A DNA stretch of 58,086 nt from Candidatus Aenigmatarchaeota archaeon (GTDB taxonomy: Archaea; Aenigmatarchaeota; Aenigmatarchaeia; Aenigmatarchaeales; Aenigmatarchaeaceae): contig JBHIDO010000002.1 of assembly GCA_046760145.1 (NCBI GenBank), forward strand, positions 1 through 58,086, written 5' to 3'. The notes beneath the pieces were generated by a model. It worked only from the letters and a program-made list of their open reading frames with translations. It did no database searches and had not been told where the DNA came from. Each line of letters opens with the position of its first letter. The first letter of the stretch is position 1. The position numbers and the translations under genes are program-made. Shown here piece after piece: positions 1 to 7,520 of this stretch.

Positions 1-311
1 TCAAAGAAATAAAAAATAATTTAGAAAGAGATTGGTTAGTAAAAAATGTTAAAGGGTTTGGGATGAAAGAATCATCTCATTTCTTAAGAAATATTGGTTT
101 TAGAAATGTAGCAATTATCGATACTCATATCTTGAAATTTTTCAAAAAGATTGGTTTATTCAAAGGGAAAAAGGGTTCAATAACAAAAAAGCAATATTTG
201 AATTTAGAGAAAAAATTTTTCAGGTTATCTAAAGAATTGAATATTCCACCAGAAGAATTAGACATAGTTATTTGGCTTTATCAATCAGGAGAAAAACAAT
301 TTTACGGTTAA
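1..311 (+). CDS. 8-oxoguanine DNA glycosylase/AP lyase, archaeal Ogg (HhH-GPD) family, C-terminal part; the gene starts upstream of the window
   Basis: The frame of the 63..311 ORF stays open back to base 3. VKGFGMKESSHFLRNIGFRNVAIIDTHI resembles the helix-hairpin-helix/catalytic region of archaeal Ogg. Confidence 0.6.
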   Translation, partial: KEIKNNLERDWLVKNVKGFGMKESSHFLRNIGFRNVAIIDTHILKFFKKIGLFKGKKGSITKKQYLNLEKKFFRLSKELNIPPEELDIVIWLYQSGEKQFYG

Positions 312-739
312 CCTCCTATGCTCTTGAAAGGTGAAACAATTAAAGCTTTTGCAATCATTTCTATAAGTTCTTTTTCATATGCAATTAGATCACTGGCTGT
401 AATAATTCCAATCAATTTTCCATTTTCTATAACTGGCAATTTCTTTATTTTATTTTTTGTCATTATTTCTGCCGCATCTTCTAAAGTTTTATCTGGGGAT
501 ATTGTTATAGGGTCTTTTGTCATTATTTCTTCTATTTTAACTTCTTTAGAATTTCTACCAGTAGCAACCACACTATTCAAAATATTTCTTTCAGTTACTA
601 TACCTATTACTTTTCCAGCACCCGATACAACAACAAGAGAACCTATCCTGTAAGATGTCATTGTTTTTGCTGCATTTTTAACCGTATCATCAGCCCTAGT
701 TATTTTCACGTTTCTATTCATAGCATCTTTAACTAGCAT
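308..739 (-). CDS. CBS domain pair protein
   Basis: Two CBS repeats (VVVSGAGKVIGIVTERNI and LPVIENGKLIGIITASDL); 143 aa. Confidence 0.8.
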   Translation of the reverse strand: MLVKDAMNRNVKITRADDTVKNAAKTMTSYRIGSLVVVSGAGKVIGIVTERNILNSVVATGRNSKEVKIEEIMTKDPITISPDKTLEDAAEIMTKNKIKKLPVIENGKLIGIITASDLIAYEKELIEMIAKALIVSPFKSIGG

Positions 740-792
740 ATTATTCTTTAGATATTTATTATTTATAAACTTAAAAAAGAAGAAAAGAGGCT

Positions 793-1416
793 TTATCTTT
801 TGAATTTTCGTGCATATTTCTTTGCTGACTCTGCAACAACGTCCTTAAGACCAAGTCCAATTGCAATTGCTAGTCCTAGGCCTATCGAAGCAATTATAAC
901 TAGTAATATCCAGTTAATCAAAGTTGGATCAATTCCTACAAATGGCAATGCTAATGCAATTGATATGTAAACTATCAAGAAGAAAATTACATTGCCTATT
1001 ATGTCACCATAAATTGTTTTAGAGCTAACTACTTTTTCCTTTATATACATTGCTAAACTGTAACCAACTATTATTAAGGTAGCTGCTTCTATTGCTCCTA
1101 ACAAGAAAGTTATTGCACTATTAATGAATCCTATTATAGTAGCTACTCCTAAAGCTTCTGCTGCTATTTGTATGAATATAAGATATATAACCCATTTAGC
1201 AATAACTGAAAATATATCTGATAATTTAACTTTTAATTTCTCTTTTTCAACTACATACTGATCTAATTTTATTCTAATCAGAATCTCTTTAACAACCATA
1301 CCCACTGCTCTACCTACTATGAAACCTATTACTAGCCATATCAAAGCTGTTACTAATGCTGGTAAACTGATAAGAAAATTATTCCAAAGTGTTATTAGGA
1401 CATCTTGCCAAGCCAT
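793..1416 (-). CDS. Integral membrane protein of unknown function (repeated TM helices, MscS N-terminal-like)
   Basis: Several long hydrophobic helices and a basic C-terminal tail (KKYARKFKR). Confidence 0.5.
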   Translation of the reverse strand: MAWQDVLITLWNNFLISLPALVTALIWLVIGFIVGRAVGMVVKEILIRIKLDQYVVEKEKLKVKLSDIFSVIAKWVIYLIFIQIAAEALGVATIIGFINSAITFLLGAIEAATLIIVGYSLAMYIKEKVVSSKTIYGDIIGNVIFFLIVYISIALALPFVGIDPTLINWILLVIIASIGLGLAIAIGLGLKDVVAESAKKYARKFKR

Positions 1417-1468
1417 GATTTCACCTAAAACTTTATTTACTTCCTTATTTATAAATTAATCGGTAAAA

Positions 1469-2833
1469 ATGTTAAGAAATGTTTTAGAGAAAATAAGACC
1501 TTCTAAAGAAGAAAAGAATAAGATGAAGAACTTTGCTGAAAGGGTTTTAAAAATATCTAAAATAATTCTGAAAGAATCTGCAAAACCTTTATTATGTGGA
1601 TCAGTTGCCAAAGGAACTTGGATATCAAATAAAAATGAATTAGATTTGTTTTTGTTATTTAGTCCAGCAACTTCTAGAAAAGATTTAGAAAAAAAGGGAT
1701 TAGACTTTGCAAAAAATATAATAAAAAAACTTAAAGGTAAGTATGAAATTGCATATGCTGAACATCCCTATCTTAGAGGGTGGGTTGGGAAATATCAAAT
1801 TGACATAGTTCCTTGTTACTCAATAGAAGACCCTGAAAAAATAAAATCTGCAGTAGACAGAACCCCCCATCATGTAAAATATGTAATTAATAATCTGAAA
1901 AATCCTGATGAAGTTATGTTATTAAAGCAGTTTTGTGAAGCAAATGAATGTTATGGAGCTGATGTTAAAACTCAAGGATTTTCTGGATACCTTTGTGAAT
2001 TATTAATAATATATTATAAAAGTTTTGAGAATTGTATAAAAAAGGCCTCTAAATGGAGGGCAGGAACTTTAATTACATTTGATAAAATAGATAAAGAATT
2101 TGCATTAAAAAAATTCAGAACTCCATTAATAACAATAGATCCTGTTGATAAAAATAGAAATGTTGCAGCAGCTGTTTCAATAGAAACATTCTATAGATTT
2201 GTCAAAGCTTGTAATGATTTTCTTAAAAATAAGAAAATGAAGTTTTTCTTTCCTGAAAAAATAAAACCCTATTCAATTCAAGAAATATCAAAGGAAATAA
2301 AGAAAAGAGGAACTCGTTGGTATTTGATAAAGTTCAAAAGACCTGATGTAATCGATGATACTTTATATCCTCAATTAAGAAGATGTATAAAATCTTTAGA
2401 AAAGATTTTAAAAGAAAATGGATTTAGAGTCTTTAGAAAAGATTTTTGGTGTAATGATATTTGTGTTCTAGTTTTTGAAATGGATATATGGCAAGTTCCA
2501 AAGATATCTAAACATATTGGACCAAATGTCTTTAGTAGACATGCAGAAGAATTTCTAAAGCATTATAAACAATATAGAATTTTTATTGATGGTGAAAACT
2601 GGGTTGTTGAAAAAGAAAGAAAATTCCAAACAGTTCTTCCTTTGCTAAAGAATCTTATTAGAAGATCTAATAAAGAATTATTAGAAAGTGGTATTCCAAA
2701 TAAAATAGTGTCACAATTTAGAAAAGCTAGAGTTTATTCTGGAGGAGAATCAGTAAAGGTTATTTCTAAATTGCCAAAAGAATTTAAGGTATTTATGCGT
2801 AAATGGTTTGAGAAAGATTTGAATGTTATTTAA
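1469..2833 (+). CDS. cca: CCA-adding enzyme (archaeal class I tRNA nucleotidyltransferase)
   Basis: GSVAKGTWISNKNELDLFLLF nucleotidyltransferase motif, AEHPYLRG, DIVPCY, RTPHHV; 454 aa. Confidence 0.9.
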   Translation: MLRNVLEKIRPSKEEKNKMKNFAERVLKISKIILKESAKPLLCGSVAKGTWISNKNELDLFLLFSPATSRKDLEKKGLDFAKNIIKKLKGKYEIAYAEHPYLRGWVGKYQIDIVPCYSIEDPEKIKSAVDRTPHHVKYVINNLKNPDEVMLLKQFCEANECYGADVKTQGFSGYLCELLIIYYKSFENCIKKASKWRAGTLITFDKIDKEFALKKFRTPLITIDPVDKNRNVAAAVSIETFYRFVKACNDFLKNKKMKFFFPEKIKPYSIQEISKEIKKRGTRWYLIKFKRPDVIDDTLYPQLRRCIKSLEKILKENGFRVFRKDFWCNDICVLVFEMDIWQVPKISKHIGPNVFSRHAEEFLKHYKQYRIFIDGENWVVEKERKFQTVLPLLKNLIRRSNKELLESGIPNKIVSQFRKARVYSGGESVKVISKLPKEFKVFMRKWFEKDLNVI

Positions 2834-2954
2834 TCTTATATGCTGAACCCTGATAGACTGTAGGTTCTATTGAAGTATCACATCCCATGTAATTGTAGTA
2901 TTCTTCCCAGCTACAATCCAAATCAAGTGCAGATCCATCTTTACATTCAGGCAT
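2826..2954 (-). CDS. Possible 42-aa acidic Cys-containing small protein (MPECKDGSALDLDCSWEEYYNYMGCDTSIEPTVYQGSAYKIK)
   Basis: ATG preceded by AGTGATAACA (GTGAT SD-like) and a TTATATAG box. It lies in an otherwise empty 180-nt spacer and is not in the ORF track because it is under 60 aa. No recognisable family. Confidence 0.25.
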   Translation of the reverse strand: MPECKDGSALDLDCSWEEYYNYMGCDTSIEPTVYQGSAYKIK

Positions 2955-3013
2955 TGTTATCACTATATAATAGTTAAATTATACTAATATATAAAGCTAA
3001 CTATTTTATTAAC

Positions 3014-3907
3014 ATGCCTGAACCAATAAATATAATTTTTTTAGGAACAGGAGCTGCCGTTCCAAGCCTGAAAAGACATCACCCAGCGATTTTATTACGT
3101 TATGGACCTGATTATATTCTTTGGGATTGTGGAGAAGGAACGCAATTAAGACTAGAAAAAGCCAAAGTTTCTCCATTAAAGATTTCTAAAATATTTATAA
3201 CTCATTGGCATGCTGATCATTTTGCAGGATTACTACCATTAATAGAAACATTACATATTTCAAGAAGAGAAAAACCTTTAGAAATTTATGGTCCTGAAGC
3301 TTCTAGATTTGTTGATGATTTAATAGAATTAAGCTATTGGGGAATTGGATTTGGATTAACCCCAATAAATTGTGGGAAAAAAGATATAGAAAAAATCTTT
3401 GAAACAGAGGGATATGAAATCTATTCGTTAAAGGTTAAACACTCTGTCCCTGCTGTTGGATATTGTTTTAAAGAAAAAGATCACTGGAAAATAGATGTTA
3501 ATAAAGCAAAGAAATTTGGATTAGTTGGAAAACAATTAAAAGAAATTAAAAGAAAGGGAAAATTGAAGATGAAAAATAAAATTATTAAAATAAGTGATAT
3601 TGCAAGATTAATTAAAGGTAGAAAAATTGTTTATTCTGGAGATACAATACCTTGTAAGAATTTATTTGAGTTCTCTAAAGAAGCAGATTTATTAATACAT
3701 GATGCAACATTTATAGAAGAATTTCCAGAAAGACCACATTCATCTGCAATAGAAATAGCAAAACTATCAAAAAAATATAAAATAAAAAAATTAATATTGA
3801 CACATTTAAGTAGGAGGTATAGAACCTCCAAAGAAATTTTAAATGTAGTTAAACCAATTTTTAAGAATGTGAGAATTGCTGAAGATTTAATGAGAGTGAA
3901 ATTATGA
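3014..3907 (+). CDS. rnz: Ribonuclease Z (tRNA 3' endonuclease)
   Basis: Metallo-beta-lactamase HxHxDH motif (ITHWHADH); short-form length of 297 aa. Confidence 0.9.
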   Translation: MPEPINIIFLGTGAAVPSLKRHHPAILLRYGPDYILWDCGEGTQLRLEKAKVSPLKISKIFITHWHADHFAGLLPLIETLHISRREKPLEIYGPEASRFVDDLIELSYWGIGFGLTPINCGKKDIEKIFETEGYEIYSLKVKHSVPAVGYCFKEKDHWKIDVNKAKKFGLVGKQLKEIKRKGKLKMKNKIIKISDIARLIKGRKIVYSGDTIPCKNLFEFSKEADLLIHDATFIEEFPERPHSSAIEIAKLSKKYKIKKLILTHLSRRYRTSKEILNVVKPIFKNVRIAEDLMRVKL

Positions 3908-4734
3908 TAATAAAATTAGGTCCTGCTGGAATTCCAAGCATATGTAAAGGAAATTCTATTGAAGGGATAAAAGCTGTTAGAAAACTAGGACTAAGTGCAA
4001 TGGAGGTTGAATTTGTTAGAGGGGTAAAAATGAAGAATGAAACTGCAAAGGAATTGGGAAAAGTAGCAAAGGAAAATGATGTAGAATTATCAATTCATGC
4101 CCCTTATTATATAAATCTTGCAAGTAAAGAAAAAATTAAAATAAAGGAAAGTAAGAAAAGAATTCTTGATTCTATAGAAAGAGGACATCATATGGGAGCT
4201 ACAGTAGCAGTTGTGCACGCAGGATATTATGGGAAAGATAAAGAAAAGGCTAATAAAATGATATTTGATGCTTGCGAAGATATGAATAAAATTATAAAAA
4301 AGAAAAAATGGAAAACTCTGATTGGTTTAGAAACAACTGGAAAACAAGGTGCATGGGGGACTATAGATGAAATAATTGATTTATGTAAGAAAATTAAGAA
4401 ATGTGTTCCGGTTTTAGATTCTGCTCATATTTATGCAAGGAAAGGAGGAAATATAAATTATAAAGAAATTTTTAATAAATTAAAGAAATTAAGATTAAAA
4501 CATTTGCATTGTCATTTTTCTGGAATGAAATATTCTGTAGTTGGAATCGGAAAAGGAAATGAAAGATATCATTTACCATTGAAAATAGCAAGAGGTCCTG
4601 ATTTTAAAGGATTCGCAAAAGAAGTTTTGAAAAGCAAAAGAGATACAACAATAATTTCTGAATCTCCAATTCTAGAAAAAGATTCATTATATATGAAAAG
4701 TATTTTTAAAAAATTAGGATATAAATTCAAATAA
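3904..4734 (+). CDS. nfo: Endonuclease IV-like AP endonuclease (TIM-barrel, AP endonuclease family 2)
   Basis: LSIHAPYYINL, AVVHAGYYG and HCHFS metal-ligand-like motifs; 4-nt overlap with rnz. Confidence 0.7.
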   Translation: MIIKLGPAGIPSICKGNSIEGIKAVRKLGLSAMEVEFVRGVKMKNETAKELGKVAKENDVELSIHAPYYINLASKEKIKIKESKKRILDSIERGHHMGATVAVVHAGYYGKDKEKANKMIFDACEDMNKIIKKKKWKTLIGLETTGKQGAWGTIDEIIDLCKKIKKCVPVLDSAHIYARKGGNINYKEIFNKLKKLRLKHLHCHFSGMKYSVVGIGKGNERYHLPLKIARGPDFKGFAKEVLKSKRDTTIISESPILEKDSLYMKSIFKKLGYKFK

Positions 4735-5121
4735 CTACTTTTTCTCAATTAAGATACCATTAACAATTCCATTTTGACCTGGTCTAGAAGTTATTTTTAC
4801 TAATCCTAATTCAGTTTCAACAATAGCCCCTTTAGAAATAATATTCATTCTAACAAAATGGGGATTTGCAGGGTTATCCTTAACAGTTATTATTTTAGTT
4901 AATTGAGTTTTTCCTGTTTTAGGATCTGTTACATTAATTTTGTTTGTTTGCAAAATTACTTGCTTTTTTGATCCTCCTAAACTTCTAACAAACTTTTTTC
5001 TATTCTCTCCAATTTTTATTGGAATAAAATCTCTACCAAAGTTTCTTTTTTTCTTTTTTCTAAATTTTTTATATCTTCCACCAGTTTTTTTTACCCTACT
5101 TCTAAATTGAGTCAATGCCAT
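4735..5121 (-). CDS. rps8e: 30S ribosomal protein S8e
   Basis: Basic N-terminus SRVKKTGGRYKKFRKKKKRNFG and the conserved C-terminal SRPGQNG. Confidence 0.9.
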   Translation of the reverse strand: MALTQFRSRVKKTGGRYKKFRKKKKRNFGRDFIPIKIGENRKKFVRSLGGSKKQVILQTNKINVTDPKTGKTQLTKIITVKDNPANPHFVRMNIISKGAIVETELGLVKITSRPGQNGIVNGILIEKK

Positions 5122-5185
5122 AGTATCACTAAATTAATTAAAAGTTATATTTATATATATTAACATAATATGTTAAGTGATTAAT

Positions 5186-5404
5186 ATGACAACAAGACCA
5201 TTAGATGTACTAGATAAGGCAAAGGGGAAAAGAGTAATTATTAAATTAAAGAATGGTTCAGAAGTAACAGGAGTTTTACAAGCATTTGATCTACATTTAA
5301 ATCTATGGTTAGAAGAAGCACAAGAAAGAAAAGATGATACTCAAATAAAGCTTGGCTCAACTCTTGTTAGAGGAGATACAATAATATTCGTATCACCTGA
5401 GTGA
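5186..5404 (+). CDS. Sm-like archaeal protein (LSm/SmAP)
   Basis: [39 protein letters not shown] is an Sm1/Sm2 fold signature. I prefer the ATG at 5186 over the GTG at 5177. Confidence 0.85.
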   Translation: MTTRPLDVLDKAKGKRVIIKLKNGSEVTGVLQAFDLHLNLWLEEAQERKDDTQIKLGSTLVRGDTIIFVSPE

Positions 5405-5409
5405 TTGAA

Positions 5410-5595
5410 ATGGTTGGAAAAGGAACACCTTCTTTTGGTAAACATCAAAAAATCACACATATAAGATGTAGACGTTGTGGTAGACATAGTTATCATATTC
5501 GAAAGAAAAAATGTTCTGCTTGTGGATTTCCTATTTCTAAAATAAGGAAATTCAATTGGGCTTGGAAAGATATCAACAGAAATAGAAAAAAATAG
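5410..5595 (+). CDS. rpl37e: 50S ribosomal protein L37e
   Basis: [10 protein letters not shown] plus the C4 zinc ribbon [20 protein letters not shown]. This is the conserved Sm-L37e gene pair. I prefer the in-frame ATG at 5410. Confidence 0.9.
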   Translation: MVGKGTPSFGKHQKITHIRCRRCGRHSYHIRKKKCSACGFPISKIRKFNWAWKDINRNRKK

Positions 5596-5637
5596 ACTAA
5601 ATATTAATTATTTAAAAGTGAAAAAGAAATTAAAAAT

Positions 5638-6090
5638 ATGAAAGAAGATTATAATATATTAAAAACAATTGCTAAAGGTACAATAGAAGTTGATAGAATT
5701 GATATTGAAATTAGAAAGTTAACCGGATTCTTGATAAGAAAATTGACAATATTTTCTGTTGATAAAGGATTTGATGAGAAAATAAGTGAATTAAGTTCTT
5801 TACTATTAAGGTTAGAAGAACTAAAAGAAAGGTTGGTTAGAAATATTGAAAATATTGATAAGGTAAGAGAAGATATTGTTGATAAATTAAAAGAAAAGCA
5901 TCAAGTTCAATTTGTAGAGTTAGATGTTAGATCAACAAAATGTATAGGAAAAATAGATAATCTTCTAAATGTTATTGAAGACTCTCTCGAAGTATTTAAA
6001 GAAACAAAAAACATAACAAAAGAACAAAAAGATGAAATTACAAAAATAGAGAAAAAATTAAAGGATATCAAGGAAAAGTGGTTTAAATAA
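5638..6090 (+). CDS. Hypothetical coiled-coil protein
   Basis: 150 aa, heptad-like K/E/L-rich sequence, no recognised motif. Confidence 0.5.
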   Translation: MKEDYNILKTIAKGTIEVDRIDIEIRKLTGFLIRKLTIFSVDKGFDEKISELSSLLLRLEELKERLVRNIENIDKVREDIVDKLKEKHQVQFVELDVRSTKCIGKIDNLLNVIEDSLEVFKETKNITKEQKDEITKIEKKLKDIKEKWFK

Positions 6091-6094
6091 ACAT

Positions 6095-6104
6095 TTTTAT
6101 AAAT
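6095..6104 (+). promoter_or_regulatory. TATA-like box upstream of tRNA-Lys(CUU)
   Basis: TTTTTATAAA lies 22-31 nt upstream of tRNA position 1 (6126), the usual archaeal spacing. Confidence 0.45.
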
Positions 6105-6148
6105 TCCTTTCTTTAATTCTAAATTGGGCCCATAGCTCAGTCTGGTAG

Positions 6149-6822
6149 AAAGGAGGAACAAAAATGATTAATAAAGATGTAGCAGAATTGGTTGGCGTAC
6201 ATCTGGGAGATGGACGTATGTCCCATTATTTTGCTAGATCTGAGGATATCTTTAGATTTGAAATTTTGTTCACAGGAGATTGGGACAAAGACTCTAGATA
6301 TTATAAAGAAGTTTTACAACCCATAGTAATTAGAAACTTTGGAATTAAAGGTCATATAAAACATAGAAGAGACGATGATACAGTTAGATACGTGATTAAA
6401 AGCAAGAAACTTGCAACGTTTTTTGTACGACTTGAAATACCTGTTGGGAAAAAAGCAGAGATATGTAAAATACCCTCTGAAGTAATTTGTGACATAGATT
6501 TATCTATCGCTTGTATTAGAGGTATTTTCAATAGTGACGGCAGTATTTATAGAAGATATAATAAACGTTATAAAAATACGCCTGAAGACTATTACAAATA
6601 TGCAGTTGTACAGTTCAAAATGAAAAGCAAAGATTTGATTAAGCAAATAAAAGACGTTTTGAATAGCCTCCATATTAGAACAACTAAAATAAGCAGAAAC
6701 TGTAATAGTTGGGTATTAAGAATAACGCATCAGAAATCTATTGACATCTTTTTTGATTTATTTAAAATAAACCACAATTATCACTTGAAAAGGTATAATG
6801 ATATTCGTTCCTCTTTGCCAAA
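6149..6822 (+). mobile_element. ORF-bearing bulge-helix-bulge (BHB) intron of tRNA-Lys(CUU)
   Basis: A 10-bp intron helix pairs AAGGAGGAAC (6150-6159) with GTTCCTCTTT (6807-6816). A 4-bp central helix pairs TGGT (6143-6146) with GCCA (6817-6820). It is flanked by 3-nt bulges AG|A (6147-6149) and AA|A (6821-6823). The exon-side outer helix is weak. Confidence 0.8.
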
Positions 6823-6838
6823 AGCAACTGGCTCTTAA
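6164..6838 (+). CDS. Double-motif LAGLIDADG homing endonuclease-like protein (intron-encoded)
   Basis: Motif 1 is LVGVHLGDGRM and motif 2 is CIRGIFNSDGSIY. A GGAGG SD lies 8 nt upstream of the ATG. The last 5 codons and the TAA lie in the 3' exon; the TAA is anticodon-loop positions 36-38. Confidence 0.85.
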   Translation: MINKDVAELVGVHLGDGRMSHYFARSEDIFRFEILFTGDWDKDSRYYKEVLQPIVIRNFGIKGHIKHRRDDDTVRYVIKSKKLATFFVRLEIPVGKKAEICKIPSEVICDIDLSIACIRGIFNSDGSIYRRYNKRYKNTPEDYYKYAVVQFKMKSKDLIKQIKDVLNSLHIRTTKISRNCNSWVLRITHQKSIDIFFDLFKINHNYHLKRYNDIRSSLPKATGS

Positions 6839-6909
6839 CCAGTAGGTCGCGGGTTCGAATCCCGTTGGGCCCACCAATCTTTTTAAAGAACATTCAACAT
6901 AATTTAGTT

Positions 6910-7161
6910 ATGATGACAAGAACAGCTTCATATAGTTTATCTTTAATATTATTACTAATAGGAATAATCATAATAATCTGGAATCCCTTTGATGTAATAA
7001 TTATTTCAATTGGAATGTTTTTGATAGCAGTTGCAATAATAAATTCAGCTATAATGATTAACTTCCCTAAGAAAAGACGAAAACCTGTTGAATTAAAGAT
7101 AGTAAAGACAAAGCCTTCTACGAAAAAGCTTAAAAAAGCGGTTAGAAAAAAGAGGAAATAA
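6910..7161 (+). CDS. Small membrane protein with a lysine-rich tail
   Basis: Two hydrophobic helices followed by KKRRKPVELKIVKTKPSTKKLKKAVRKKRK. The start is moved to the ATG at 6910 because 6865-6876 is tRNA. Confidence 0.5.
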   Translation: MMTRTASYSLSLILLLIGIIIIIWNPFDVIIISIGMFLIAVAIINSAIMINFPKKRRKPVELKIVKTKPSTKKLKKAVRKKRK

Positions 7162-7276
7162 CTTCAGAGGAAAAATATACGTCAAACAGTAAACTTTATA
7201 AAGGATTAGATATAAACATAAAAAAGCCCTCTTTTGCATTTTAACTCAGTAGAGAGAGTAATCTATAGGTGGTTGA

Positions 7277-7516
7277 TTGGGAGAAATAAATGTTCTTAAA
7301 CATATCTTAGTTCCAAAGCATGTAATTCTTAAAGATGAGGAAAAGAAAAAATTACTTGAAAAATTAAAAGTAGTTCCTGAACAATTACCTAAGATATATA
7401 CAAAGGATCCAATCTCTAAAGCACTTGGAGCAAAAGAAGGTGACATAATTAAAATAATAAGAAAATCTCCAACAGCTGGTGTAACAACATATTATAGACT
7501 AGTTGTAAAAGGGTAA
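7277..7516 (+). CDS. rpoH: DNA-directed RNA polymerase subunit H (Rpo5)
   Basis: HILVPKHVILKDEEKKKLLEKLKV..LPKI...DPISKALGAKEGDIIKIIRKSPTAG; it sits directly upstream of rpoB. The start is a non-ATG (TTG) and is uncertain. Confidence 0.85.
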   Translation: MGEINVLKHILVPKHVILKDEEKKKLLEKLKVVPEQLPKIYTKDPISKALGAKEGDIIKIIRKSPTAGVTTYYRLVVKG

Positions 7517-7520
7517 TTTT

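Larger units (their letters stand above)
6126..6876 (+). tRNA. tRNA-Lys(CUU), split by a 674-nt intron in the D-arm (between positions 22 and 23); CCA encoded
   Basis: The 5' exon is GGGCCCA TA GCTC AGTCTGGTA G (6126-6148). The 3' exon (6823-6876) is AGC A ACTGG CTCTTAA CCAGT AGGTC GCGGG TTCGAAT CCCGT TGGGCCC A CCA. The acceptor is 7/7 paired, the D-stem GCTC/GAGC is restored only after joining, and the anticodon loop is CTCTTAA. Confidence 0.9.

Noticed and set aside
318-653. This and many other track ORFs lie antisense to, or nested out of frame within, well-supported genes. They are 3631..3831, 5907..6161, 7246..7446, 7568..7777, 9794..10129, 10456..10644, 13809..14174, 14199..14462, 15745..15951, 15966..16163, 19859..20083, 20299..20514, 22013..22201, 22916..23350, 24371..24667, 28129..28440, 30247..30429, 31888..32106, 32103..32375, 32838..33065, 34150..34341, 35800..36138, 38787..39107, 39113..39298, 39681..39929, 42204..42449, 43118..43405, 44378..44575, 48960..49331, 50222..50503, 51505..51717, 51548..51733, 53789..53971, 54774..54956 and 56847..57053.
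   Set aside because: These are shadow ORFs expected in AT-rich DNA opposite real genes. Their products are low-complexity F/L/I/S-rich sequences with no motifs, and in each case the overlapping gene has clear family signatures.
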